64,000 nucleotides of DNA from the IMG/VR virus record IMGVR_UViG_3300034073_003340, positions 356,634-420,633 of that record, one strand, 5' to 3'. The translations under genes and the position numbers were made by a program. The DNA is from a virus. The notes under the pieces were generated by a model, which saw nothing but the letters and a program-made list of their open reading frames with translations, was not told the origin of the DNA and did not search any database. Positions 54,738-64,000 of the stretch are shown here, one piece after another; the stretch's first letter is position 1; every line of letters begins with the position of its first letter.

Positions 54738-55658
54738 TTACAACCTCACACCAAACCGTTTGAGTTCCGCCTTGGGAACTTCTACTTTCAAGTTATTTAA
54801 GCGCTCAACATAGATTTTGTAGATTTTCAAACGTTCAGGAATCGTATATGTTGATGTCATGGTAACTGATATAGTTTCAAACGACGTCATATAATCCAAA
54901 ATTTTTGAGGGTAGATGTTGATCAAAAACCATCTCTACCACTTGTTTTGGATCATCTATAATATCAGTTCTAGCCGGGGTGGCACTTGGGTAAATTTTCA
55001 AGAACTCTTCTTTGGTAAGTTCCTTGAATTCCTTTACTCTCCCGTTGCCGTCCTTGCGCATAGGACGATGTCTATATCTCCAGACACACCCCTTATCATG
55101 GAAAAAGGTAGGACCTACTCTGGCCACCATCTCTCCATTTTCTTCCAACACCCAATCACTATTGAATGCCACTAACGCTTTGATAAGCTCAGTTCTATAT
55201 AGACCTTTGAGGCAGCTTTTCTTTGATGTTTGTCCCCAATAATAGAAACCATCGGTATACTCAGGATCGTATTCAGGTGAAAAATAGCTGAACTTCTGCC
55301 ACTCATAATTGCCAAACATGAAGTCAACCTGAACATACCCGTTTTTAGGGTCTCCGTTGATCGGAACCGCGGTGAAGATCTGGTTGTTACCAGGGCGAGC
55401 CTTGACATACTGTGATCCCAAGAGAGCAGATAGCTGTTGTGCTACCTTCTCCTGATCATATAGCTCAATTCGCATATTCAGATCAATGTCGCCACTCGTT
55501 GGATTCTTACCGGCACTACCAAGTAGGTGGTTCATGTATTTCCCACCCTGGATGCTTGAATCCTTCCAGTTTCTAGTTAGCCAGTCTAATGTCTTGGGTA
55601 TGTCCTCTTTGGCGATCCTCTGTGTAATACCCTCAAACGCCTTACCGCCCATCTTCAA
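54738..55658 (-). CDS. Nucleotidyltransferase-fold (Pol-beta superfamily) protein
   Basis: hG[GS]x9-13 DhDh signature GSAGKNPTSGDIDLNM with a downstream VQVDFMF (candidate third acidic residue). Translationally coupled (17-nt overlap) to the upstream RNA ligase gene. Confidence 0.5.
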   Translation of the reverse strand: MKMGGKAFEGITQRIAKEDIPKTLDWLTRNWKDSSIQGGKYMNHLLGSAGKNPTSGDIDLNMRIELYDQEKVAQQLSALLGSQYVKARPGNNQIFTAVPINGDPKNGYVQVDFMFGNYEWQKFSYFSPEYDPEYTDGFYYWGQTSKKSCLKGLYRTELIKALVAFNSDWVLEENGEMVARVGPTFFHDKGCVWRYRHRPMRKDGNGRVKEFKELTKEEFLKIYPSATPARTDIIDDPKQVVEMVFDQHLPSKILDYMTSFETISVTMTSTYTIPERLKIYKIYVERLNNLKVEVPKAELKRFGVRL

Positions 55659-56811
55659 TCCTTTTTCTTGTATCGCTGAACATATTCAATGTTCGTTGAT
55701 GTAATTGTCCCGAATATACTAGTAATTCTTGCCTGGCTCCGACCCTGTAAACGTGATGTAGAATATGTCGATTGTCTAGATATCGTTTGAGAAGCGTATC
55801 TAGTCTTTTCAGACGTTTTTCCTTGGGCCAGTCTTTGGTTCTAGATAGGAAGCTGGGACGAGCCGGTCTACTGCCTCCTACCAACCAGTATTTGATAAAA
55901 TGAGTAAAGCGATTGGCCGCCTGGAATGATTCTCGATCAACTATTTTGAATTTACCCTGATTGCTTTCAACTACGACACCTTCCACAAACGAGCCGGCTC
56001 CAATAACACTTGGTTGTTCAAGCACTAGAACTCGATAGGCAATATCTTTAAACATCAGAATCATAGATCGGAATACCTGCTTGAGGTCATCGCGTTCCTT
56101 TGAAATCTCTTTCTTGAGATCATTCCAATTCCGATCACCACATTTGTGATGCTTCTTGGATAGGTTGATATCTAGGATGTCAAAAACGTTGAAGCCTTCA
56201 ATCCTAGTGTCTTGCTGAAACCAATGATCCAATACCGTTCTGAGTTGCTTGGCGTGGGTTGACAGTCTAGCTTGGACCAATTGCCTCGACGTTTGCGGGT
56301 TTATAAACGCCAACCACCGTTGCTTTTCTTTAAAAAGCTCTCTGGAAAATCCATCTGGACTTTGATGGTATTCAACATCAAGCTTACACTTGAAATCGTC
56401 AAGGAGCCTTATATGCCCTTCACCAAATTCAAAATCAGCAGAAGTGATAATGAGAAGACCGCTGATTGAACTAGATAACAGGTATCGAATAGTATTGGGC
56501 ATATTACCGTGGATGATTTCAGCACCCAATTTCTGCCCAGGCTTGATAAGATTTTCCTTGACTAGGGCTTCAACTATCATAGCACCAACGTTATGGGCAA
56601 TGCGATAACTCGAAGCCCAGCATTCATTTGGCCAATCTTCTACACAATAGCAGAATTGACCTCCCTTGCGGTAACTATAATATCTTCCAGCGTCGTCTAA
56701 ACCAAATCCCAAGAAGCTACCGTCAAGCTTTTCGCTCGGCCACCACATTAAGTCAAGGCTATCATATATGGCCCTGGCACTTAGTTCTTCATAATGGGGA
56801 ATACTAACCAT
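55642..56811 (-). CDS. RNA ligase, T4 Rnl1-like (ATP-dependent nucleotidyltransferase motif I KxDG)
   Basis: Motif I SEKLDGSF (compare T4 Rnl1 TKEDGSL); length of 389 aa is close to Rnl1 (374 aa). Confidence 0.55.
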   Translation of the reverse strand: MVSIPHYEELSARAIYDSLDLMWWPSEKLDGSFLGFGLDDAGRYYSYRKGGQFCYCVEDWPNECWASSYRIAHNVGAMIVEALVKENLIKPGQKLGAEIIHGNMPNTIRYLLSSSISGLLIITSADFEFGEGHIRLLDDFKCKLDVEYHQSPDGFSRELFKEKQRWLAFINPQTSRQLVQARLSTHAKQLRTVLDHWFQQDTRIEGFNVFDILDINLSKKHHKCGDRNWNDLKKEISKERDDLKQVFRSMILMFKDIAYRVLVLEQPSVIGAGSFVEGVVVESNQGKFKIVDRESFQAANRFTHFIKYWLVGGSRPARPSFLSRTKDWPKEKRLKRLDTLLKRYLDNRHILHHVYRVGARQELLVYSGQLHQRTLNMFSDTRKRIEDGR

Positions 56812-56850
56812 CCTCTGGCTCTAGCATACCAGAGGATCGGTTCGCATTAT

Positions 56851-57909
56851 TTAGGTTCTAGAACGTAGAAGCGCATATCCAATTCTCGCCAATACATCAA
56901 TGTCGCTATCCTGCATACGACCATATCCTTTGTCAGCAGTATCTTTGACATATTGGGTAATCTGCTTGAGCTTGGAATCGCCGATCTCTAGCTCTCGCTT
57001 GAGAATACTAGACATCTCAGTTATATCATATGGGCCCACCGAGGTGGATTTATCAGAACTCTTTTTAGACGATGAACCCTGTGACATTTTTTGGCTTGCT
57101 AAATCTGCCATAGCATCAGCAGTGTCGTTGACAGGACCATTCAATAGATATTCATCATTGATATGACCTGCGCTGGCATCCATGAGTTCATCAACGACCT
57201 CATCATCCAACACCTCTGAATCAGATTCCATGATAGATTCAACGTTGGTTTGTGGGTTTTGAGGCTTACCAACTGAACGGGAAAACGACGCTTTGCCGAG
57301 AATCAGTTTGTCTCCCACTGGCATATTGGCCAATTTTGCTGAAATTTTCTCACGATCCCATTCGCCATTTGATAAGCGATAGTCTTTGGGATCCGCTTTG
57401 ATTTCACCATGATCCTTTTTGCCATCGTCTTTTTCAACATCAATACCGACCTTGCCAAAATCACTAAGCTTGGTATTCAAGTCTTTGGGAATAGGGACAC
57501 CGTCTTCTTTTTCAGCAGCAGATTTCTGGTCCTTGTCTACTTCACCACCTCGAGCTATTTTGCGCTCAGGAGGAGATTGGTCTGGCGAGTCAGAAGAGTC
57601 AGCTACCTCAGGAGACTTAGATTTATCAAAAACTTTGTCTTTGACAATGGCAACATCTTTGTCAGAAAATCCAATGCGTGCTCGCATAAAGCGATCCATG
57701 TCATCGTCAGTTCCTTGACGTCCCGTCTGACCAAGCCATTTCAGCCATTCCTGCTTGAGACGATGTGCCATTTCGGCTCGCTCTTTACTACCAAGACGAC
57801 GGATTCGCTTATTCTTGAGATTGGTGAGCCATCCTTCAAGGAGAACTGGCTCCTGCGTGCTTTCTACAAGGCTCATAAGGCGGCGGATGTCAGAACTATT
57901 ATTTGCCAC
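56851..57909 (-). CDS. Hypothetical acidic protein
   Basis: 352-aa ORF. Confidence 0.4.
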   Translation of the reverse strand: MANNSSDIRRLMSLVESTQEPVLLEGWLTNLKNKRIRRLGSKERAEMAHRLKQEWLKWLGQTGRQGTDDDMDRFMRARIGFSDKDVAIVKDKVFDKSKSPEVADSSDSPDQSPPERKIARGGEVDKDQKSAAEKEDGVPIPKDLNTKLSDFGKVGIDVEKDDGKKDHGEIKADPKDYRLSNGEWDREKISAKLANMPVGDKLILGKASFSRSVGKPQNPQTNVESIMESDSEVLDDEVVDELMDASAGHINDEYLLNGPVNDTADAMADLASQKMSQGSSSKKSSDKSTSVGPYDITEMSSILKRELEIGDSKLKQITQYVKDTADKGYGRMQDSDIDVLARIGYALLRSRT

Positions 57910-58294
57910 GCTTGCTCTCCTCGACCTTGCGATATTCTCTAATCTTGCGATTGAACTTATCGGGATCCTTATTCTTTATAGCATTGATGAATCGACGTTG
58001 TAGTTCGTCGGCTTCCTCATCACTAAAGCTTTCAGATATAAGATTCAAAAGATTGACGGCCCCAGCAATCACATTAGATGCGCGAGCTTCTACAATCTGG
58101 TGTTTGTCTCTTTGAGGAACAAATAAATCGAGTTCCTCTATTAGACTTTTGACGCGACCGTCTTTCATCGTGGTTCCCTTACTTGCTGGAGTAACCAGAA
58201 TGGCGTTCCAACAGTCTTTCGAGCATGTTGGCGGCAAGTGCCAATCCTTCTTCAACGCCGCGAGCATAGTCAAGATTACCGTCAGGTTCTCCAT
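57899..58294 (-). CDS. Hypothetical protein
   Basis: 131-aa ORF; overlaps ORF 58179..58463, whose start is uncertain. Confidence 0.35.
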   Translation of the reverse strand: MENLTVILTMLAALKKDWHLPPTCSKDCWNAILVTPASKGTTMKDGRVKSLIEELDLFVPQRDKHQIVEARASNVIAGAVNLLNLISESFSDEEADELQRRFINAIKNKDPDKFNRKIREYRKVEESKRGK

Positions 58295-58512
58295 AACTGC
58301 GAAGCTTGAAAACTATATCATTTAGATCTTCAAGCAAAAGGGCAGAGGTATCCACATCTTCAACGTGGATACCCCCATAAGTCATATCTTCGGTAACATC
58401 CGACACTGAAGAGGATTCAGTAAGTCTGATATACCTCCTAATGTCATCTGGATGACTGAACATTCATGACTCTCCTAAATGGCGCGCTTTGTATATTTAG
58501 CCTAATGCCAAT

Positions 58513-60015
58513 TTAGTCGCTCAGCTTCCTAGCTAGGTTACGTAGTTGAGCCCCGTTGGCTTGTACCTTAGACGGAGGAGTAGCCTCAGGGCGTGCTAGT
58601 ATAGGATTCTGTGCGGCTGGCCCTGTAGGCCCCTTATCAGGGCTGTAAGACGTGCCTATGTTCTTGGGAACAACCGTAGTGACTTTGTTAGCCAAACCTG
58701 CCTGTAAGCCGCCCACCCCTGATCCACGACCTTCTAGCATTTCCTGAGGAGCATCCTCAATCCTCAATGTATTGGGATCAATCTTCAAGAAGATCTTCTG
58801 ACCAACTCCTGACGACGAACGTGTCTTAAGGAACTGGATCTGATATTCACCACGATCCTTCATTGCTGCGGTTGTAAGAATCGCGAGCACATTGTCAGCC
58901 GTATTAATCTTTGAGATACCACCAGCAATGTGGCTGGCGTCAAAGTCCTGCTCTTGGATAGAAGCACGGTTGAGCTGTGACGCGGTAGCGCACAAGATGT
59001 TCCATTCCACTGCCAGCGCGCGAAGCTCTTCCGACGTGAACTTGTCCTTGATGAACTGGTCACTGACGTTGATCTTACCACTGTTTGGATGCATCAAATC
59101 CAGATAGTCTACCACGATGGCATCAGGACGAGTTCCAGTTTGGATTTCAAACTCTTGTAGATAGGCCCTAATATCATTGGCGGTGGTTCCCGCCATTGGC
59201 AGTTTCTTGATTTGTAGCTTGCCCCATTTATGGGTCTTGCCACCAGCTTTTCTCATCATACCCAGTCGCATTGCGACATCGTTGATGTCTTTGAAGATCA
59301 TCTTCGTTGGGGTCTCGGTGATCATCGCATCATACCGGAGTCCAACTAGCTCTTCGCTTAGTTCCATAGTAATATAGATGACACTCAGACCCATCTGAAC
59401 CCAATTCAGGGCTAGATTCTGTAGAAACAAACTCTTACCCGTGCCTGGGCCTCCGCAGAAAAAGGTTATCTCTCCGCGATTCATACCACCATACAACTTG
59501 CTGTCGATATCTCTCCAGCCCGTAGAGGTAGTATCAGTTTTATCTCTCATTCGCTCAAGGCGTTCTAGTGGATTTTCAAAATAGTCCGTGCCCAGTTCAG
59601 TCTGTAGACTGATGAGCATGTTTTCTTTTGAACGCCTCTCTAGTTCCGCATAGTCACCCTGAGCAATTAGCTGAGGGCCATCATACACCAAAGCTTCCAT
59701 GGCTTTATGACGACAGAACCCACTTATCTCATCCAGGAACCAGTCAACATGGTTGCTCTGGATATTAGGAATAATGGGTAAATCGAGATTTGTTTCAGCC
59801 TTGACCTGTTCTGGTGTTGGCAATGCTCGATATTGCTCGGTGAACTTTTTGATAAAGCGAACGGCTGGACGAAGACGCTCATTCCAATATTCTGGCTTAA
59901 CGATATTCTGACAACGAACGTAGGCGCTGTTGTCGGTAAGCATGAACTGAATGAGGACCTTCTGGACCTCTTCGCTATATTCCTTGAGCTCTTGTTGTTC
60001 TTTTCTTTGGCTCAC
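58513..60015 (-). CDS. Replicative DNA helicase, DnaB family (T4 gp41-like)
   Basis: Walker A FFCGGPGTGKS, an ITMELSEE-type motif, and the RecA-like core; adjacent to the primase gene as in T4 41-61. Confidence 0.7.
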   Translation of the reverse strand: MSQRKEQQELKEYSEEVQKVLIQFMLTDNSAYVRCQNIVKPEYWNERLRPAVRFIKKFTEQYRALPTPEQVKAETNLDLPIIPNIQSNHVDWFLDEISGFCRHKAMEALVYDGPQLIAQGDYAELERRSKENMLISLQTELGTDYFENPLERLERMRDKTDTTSTGWRDIDSKLYGGMNRGEITFFCGGPGTGKSLFLQNLALNWVQMGLSVIYITMELSEELVGLRYDAMITETPTKMIFKDINDVAMRLGMMRKAGGKTHKWGKLQIKKLPMAGTTANDIRAYLQEFEIQTGTRPDAIVVDYLDLMHPNSGKINVSDQFIKDKFTSEELRALAVEWNILCATASQLNRASIQEQDFDASHIAGGISKINTADNVLAILTTAAMKDRGEYQIQFLKTRSSSGVGQKIFLKIDPNTLRIEDAPQEMLEGRGSGVGGLQAGLANKVTTVVPKNIGTSYSPDKGPTGPAAQNPILARPEATPPSKVQANGAQLRNLARKLSD

Positions 60016-60034
60016 AGGACCTCCTGGTCTCTTA

Positions 60035-61060
60035 TTATTTTAAGCGTTGTCGTTGTATACCTATTGATAACCTATCTTTGGTTCTGGCGTCAATAATCGA
60101 CCATATCGTATAGAGCTTACCATAGGCTTTTACGGCGTCTGCTGCGTCTTTTATTCCTTCATCCCAACGAGGGAAGGACACATACCAGCCTTGTGCTAGA
60201 GCAGTATCAACTAACCGTCCTCCCTGATTGGTGCGATCAGGTACGACAATTTTGGTTTTACCGGTTTGATTCAACCACTGAATCTGTTCAGGTGTTATTT
60301 TATCACCTAGCATCGCGACACCATTTACCGCGATTCCGTCAAATGGGCCTTCATTTATAAAAAGATATTCCCAATCCTCTTTGACGATATCGGTGTTGAA
60401 AATATAATGCGGTTGAACGTCACTATAATAGCGGCGACTGCTAGATCCGTTTACAATTCTAGCTGTCCAACCCACTATTTCATTTTCCCAGTAAAACGGG
60501 ATGATAACCCTCTGATTCATATGATCAGTAGTATCTGGGGTCCAATAATAGTCATAGGAAAGTAAAATATCCTCTCCTCTGTTGGCAACGTAAGTGAGAA
60601 CTTCTAGGAAATGAGGATCTTCACAGTTCTCTTCGAGCCAGAAGCTTATGGGCTTTGCCGACTTTGGTAGATTCCTGGATTCAAAGGTAATAGAAGCAGA
60701 GGCTTGCCGGGTAAATGATTGTTCAATACCACCGCCTTCGAGCATATTCTTACGGAGAAGAGATACATCAAAGTCAAGACGTCTGATCTTCTCACTAGGC
60801 ATGCCTAGCCATTCAAAATACTTTTTCCACTTTGGAGAAAATCGAGCACCGGGTGACCAGCCGGCTCGGAACCCACAGTTAAAGCAGGAAACCGAAGTCC
60901 GGCCGTCAGAGTCAAACAAGATACCAGATCTCTTTTTGGTGTCTGCCCTCATCTGTCCGTTATGAATACAGCATGGACCATTGAATGTGGTCCAGCGACT
61001 GGGGGTCTGCTTGCCCCCAGGTATACAGCTCATTAGAGCACTATAGATGAGGGTAGACAT
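60035..61060 (-). CDS. DNA primase (T4 gp61-like)
   Basis: N-terminal zinc ribbon CIHNG...KKRSG...CFNCGF aligns with gp61 CPVCGD...KARGW...CYNCNY. Toprim-like VIIPFY...FINEGPFDGIAV; 341 aa versus 342 aa in gp61. Confidence 0.75.
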   Translation of the reverse strand: MSTLIYSALMSCIPGGKQTPSRWTTFNGPCCIHNGQMRADTKKRSGILFDSDGRTSVSCFNCGFRAGWSPGARFSPKWKKYFEWLGMPSEKIRRLDFDVSLLRKNMLEGGGIEQSFTRQASASITFESRNLPKSAKPISFWLEENCEDPHFLEVLTYVANRGEDILLSYDYYWTPDTTDHMNQRVIIPFYWENEIVGWTARIVNGSSSRRYYSDVQPHYIFNTDIVKEDWEYLFINEGPFDGIAVNGVAMLGDKITPEQIQWLNQTGKTKIVVPDRTNQGGRLVDTALAQGWYVSFPRWDEGIKDAADAVKAYGKLYTIWSIIDARTKDRLSIGIQRQRLK

Positions 61061-62766
61061 CAGGCAAAGAGACCGTTGTTTACTATCTGCATTTTGGGCT
61101 TGTTTTCAGCAAGATGTGGTGCTTCTGCTTCTTTCTTAGCCTTTAACACATTAACGTGATCCTTTTGGTTGGCAACCTCGAACAACTGAAGATCCAAGAC
61201 TCCCCTTTCCGCATTGTCACTAGCTAGATAGTTGAGAACCTTGCGATTTCTCTCAATAACAGACATTGGAGTTTCGCTGTTGAATACATCTTCAACAACC
61301 GATTTGATTTCAAGAAGTTGCTGAGGAACAGCCGCTGGGTCGCCCTTGTCATATAGATCCTGCGATTCGTAAACCCCCTCGAGGTGAACCTGGACATTAT
61401 GGTTCATCAACATCGCATAGGTGACTACGTCCCACGTTGAAGTAAACTTTGGATCCACGTTAACACAGATGTCGCCCATCTTGAGCTGCTCACCAATCTG
61501 AGTTCTAACAAACCTAGAGCCATCAACTCCGTCTAGACGTTCATGAAACATCTCTTCCAGCACATCGAGGAATGGACGATCAGCGTCTTTTCCCTTCTTG
61601 GGTAGAGGAATCTTATTACCAGAATCATCAAGAAGATATTTGATGCGGTCCTTTCCGGTTGAGATCATCTCATAACCAAGTTGTTCAACTCCTTCATCGT
61701 CAAGATAGGTGTTGGTTGGTAGATAATTTCGACCGTCTAGTTTCTCACCCTGAATACTCCAGCTGTCTTTGTTCAAGTTGTAGCCAAGGAAAACTTTACC
61801 ATAAGCAGCTAGAGTAAAGGGTGAGCTCACGTCATACGAGATAGTGAAATTGGGGTTAATCTGTTCACGAACTTGTCTCTGAATGGTCGTGTAGACACAA
61901 CCATGTTGGAACTTACCAACACCCAAGAAGTGCATCCAGTCACGATCCTGTAGGACTCCGTCATCTCTCATATTAATGATTCGACCCAGAGACATCTCAA
62001 AGTTCTCTTTGTGATGAGACGCAAGAGACCAACCCTCAAAGGGATAGTGCTTGACATTCTCATACCATATTTTTGACTCGCTGGCGTTTCGTCCCTGAAC
62101 CACATTTAAAAACTTAGTAGCACCAGGGACCCTGTTCTTCACAAAGTAATCGTTATTGATTAGAGTCTGAAGCATACAGGCATAGAACAGACGATCGTTC
62201 TTATTGTTGATGTTTCCGCCATTTTTGATAATCAGGTCATCCAGAGCATCCTTGTTTCCTGAATCCACAATATTGGGATCTAAAGGACTTTCAAGTCGCT
62301 GTAGATGTTGGTCAATATTACCAATCTGAATACCGCCAGTTGGGAAGTCGAGAATCATCGACCAATCGCAATTGGCTTCCATCCAGCGCATCATCCTCTC
62401 GCGAGTTTTGTCACCCTCAAACTTGATAGCACCGGTCTGAATCTGGAATCCACCCGAGTCACCTAGAACTGTTGTAGAGCCACGATCACGACCGGTGACC
62501 ATATCTTTACGTTCAGTAATACCACTGCTCTTTGCGGCCTGCCCAGCTGAATACAGAGCACTGGGCAGATAGAACAAGCTGCTATTAGGGTTGAAGAAGT
62601 TCAGTTCCTCGCGTGGAATAGGTGGCTCACGCTTGGGGTTTTCCGCATTGACATAGCGGACATACATTTCTGAAATGGCAGGAGTAAACCGCGCATAATC
62701 GCGGTATCTCTTGGAATAATCAATTCCGGGCATTGACGGCCTCTTGTTTTGTTCGTGTTTAACCAC
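61060..62766 (-). CDS. tRNA-guanine transglycosylase (TGT)-family protein, long form (DpdA/archaeosine-TGT-like)
   Basis: VLGDSGGFQI (the TGT DSGGFQ motif) and a later HFLGVG segment; 568 aa with extra N- and C-terminal regions. Confidence 0.5.
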   Translation of the reverse strand: MVKHEQNKRPSMPGIDYSKRYRDYARFTPAISEMYVRYVNAENPKREPPIPREELNFFNPNSSLFYLPSALYSAGQAAKSSGITERKDMVTGRDRGSTTVLGDSGGFQIQTGAIKFEGDKTRERMMRWMEANCDWSMILDFPTGGIQIGNIDQHLQRLESPLDPNIVDSGNKDALDDLIIKNGGNINNKNDRLFYACMLQTLINNDYFVKNRVPGATKFLNVVQGRNASESKIWYENVKHYPFEGWSLASHHKENFEMSLGRIINMRDDGVLQDRDWMHFLGVGKFQHGCVYTTIQRQVREQINPNFTISYDVSSPFTLAAYGKVFLGYNLNKDSWSIQGEKLDGRNYLPTNTYLDDEGVEQLGYEMISTGKDRIKYLLDDSGNKIPLPKKGKDADRPFLDVLEEMFHERLDGVDGSRFVRTQIGEQLKMGDICVNVDPKFTSTWDVVTYAMLMNHNVQVHLEGVYESQDLYDKGDPAAVPQQLLEIKSVVEDVFNSETPMSVIERNRKVLNYLASDNAERGVLDLQLFEVANQKDHVNVLKAKKEAEAPHLAENKPKMQIVNNGLFA

Positions 62767-62790
62767 TTTAGGCTAAACACGGGCCATCAG

Positions 62791-63624
62791 TCAATTTCTA
62801 AACACCAGTTTTGTGACTTTACCTAGATCCTCTTCTAGTGGAGGTTCACCGTATGGGTTCTGATCGTTTTGATTGAAGATCTTTACTCTCCACCACATCA
62901 AATTGGCCTCAAAAGAGTATCCTTGAGTTGAGGTCTCGTGGTCAAACTCATGAGTCTGTATGGTAAACCATTCCTCTTCCGTTGGTGTTCCCTCTTCAAC
63001 TGACCCTTCAATGATAAGTTCGCCAGTGAAATTATCCAGATAAGCAGCTAGCGTATGAACACCAGTATAGTCGTCAACTTGAAGAGATCCTGGAATCGCA
63101 GAAGTTGCTCTATAGGCTATACGGCCATCCACTGGCATCTGGGTGGATAAAAGAAGCTCTTCGTATGTGACTGTTTCACTTATCCTAGGTAAGAACCTAG
63201 GACCTTGGAGAAGTTCAAAGAACCCTCTTTGGGTCTCATTGGCATCCACATACAAGAGATGAACCGCACCGTCAGGATTGGTTACCGCAACTTGATAGCT
63301 ATAGGTTTGAAGAAACCAATCCGCCATGATATCTGGTTCAATTGTGAGCTTACAGATGCCTCTGGCTTCGTTTATAACCCTTAGCTCTTTTCGCCATAGT
63401 TCGCGATCTATTCTGTGGTCGTAAAAGATGATCTCAGCTGAGCGACCCATCATGTTTATGGGTTTTCGATCGGTATCTCTTACCACGAACTCGATTGTAT
63501 TCTGCACGTCTCTGAAAACGCGGAAGTCATTTGTGTTCATGGGAAGATTCCAATTCACTGTGCCGCCAGTTTCTCTGAGGGTCATTTCAATCTTTCGCTT
63601 TTTATCTATTAGAAAGACTGTCAT
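62791..63624 (-). CDS. Hypothetical protein
   Basis: 277-aa ORF. Confidence 0.4.
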   Translation of the reverse strand: MTVFLIDKKRKIEMTLRETGGTVNWNLPMNTNDFRVFRDVQNTIEFVVRDTDRKPINMMGRSAEIIFYDHRIDRELWRKELRVINEARGICKLTIEPDIMADWFLQTYSYQVAVTNPDGAVHLLYVDANETQRGFFELLQGPRFLPRISETVTYEELLLSTQMPVDGRIAYRATSAIPGSLQVDDYTGVHTLAAYLDNFTGELIIEGSVEEGTPTEEEWFTIQTHEFDHETSTQGYSFEANLMWWRVKIFNQNDQNPYGEPPLEEDLGKVTKLVFRN

Positions 63625-63802
63625 GACACATCCTCAGATTGTCCAAAAACGGCTGGACTAAATATCCAGTATTTATTAGAGAGTATAGGTTGTTTTAAAG
63701 TGTTGCCCCAGCTAGAGAATTTTCCATTTTTGACTTTGGGTCGATACTTAGATCAAGAGTATCTTGGCATCGTGGGAAACTCTGACAACCAGATAACATC
63801 GA

Positions 63803-64000
63803 TGTATGTTTACAACTCCTTACCAGACGAAGAACATAAAAAATTGTTTCTCCAACTGGGCGATGAATGGTGGTGGGAAACAAATCGACAGATGCCAATC
63901 AACGTTACTCTAAAGGAAAGATGGGCAGTTTTTCGTCCATACCTTAAAACGTTCATCAGTAGCGATTTTGAAATTCTACAGGGACCTTGTGTTAGTCTTG
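63803..64000 (+). CDS. Partial ORF running off the window end
   Basis: ATG at 63803 preceded by an in-frame TGA; open through position 64000 (MYVYNSLPDEEHKKLF...). Confidence 0.3.

Noticed and set aside
1-64000. tRNA genes, CRISPR arrays, rRNA
   Set aside because: By-eye scanning of ORF-free intervals found no tRNA-like T-arm (GGTTCGAATCC-type) signatures. No direct-repeat/spacer arrays were found. No rRNA-like segments were found. None can be supported.

Overview
The window reads as one segment of a large T4-like (Tevenvirinae/Straboviridae-style) myovirus genome, probably from a marine or environmental host. Genes are tightly packed, many neighbours share 1-20 nt start/stop overlaps, and there are frequent rho-independent terminator hairpins. 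Overall GC is about 42-45% with a few GC-richer patches (judged by eye, not computed).

Recognisable content falls into four groups:
- T4-type replication genes: a fused topoisomerase II large subunit (gp39+gp60-like), a gp52-like medium subunit, a gp41-like DnaB-family helicase and a gp61-like primase.
- Nucleotide metabolism: nrdA, nrdB and a glutaredoxin.
- Translation and RNA-repair auxiliary genes: ClpX, IF-3 (infC), ribosomal protein S21, an L7/L12 C-terminal-domain protein, a CCA-adding enzyme, and an Rnl1-like RNA ligase next to a nucleotidyltransferase-fold protein.
- Metabolic and envelope auxiliary genes: an S-adenosylmethionine decarboxylase (speD/speH-like), QueD, a TGT/DpdA-like protein, a SleB-type cell-wall hydrolase, an Smr protein, a staphylococcal-nuclease-like secreted nuclease, a NADAR/YbiA domain protein, a flotillin (SPFH)/NfeD pair, TelA-like and XpaC-like proteins, a four-PAS sensor, a standalone receiver domain and a PAAR spike-tip protein.

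The most striking feature is a family of at least 18 small paralogous genes (about 60-200 aa). Each ends in a conserved C-terminal motif close to D-A-(M/L)-(L/I)-F-K-L-(T/R)-W-G-G, preceded by a W-(C/L)-x-x-(H/N) motif. Twelve of them form a translationally coupled array inserted exactly between the two topoisomerase II subunit genes (11609-15351). Four more lie in tandem at 21797-22858, and singles lie at 18848, 25062 and possibly 35203. I could not match the family to any described protein family.

No tRNA, rRNA or CRISPR array was found. Two ORF-free, GC-richer, stem-loop-rich segments of about 600 bp each (3105-3706 and 35389-35951) may encode structured RNAs.
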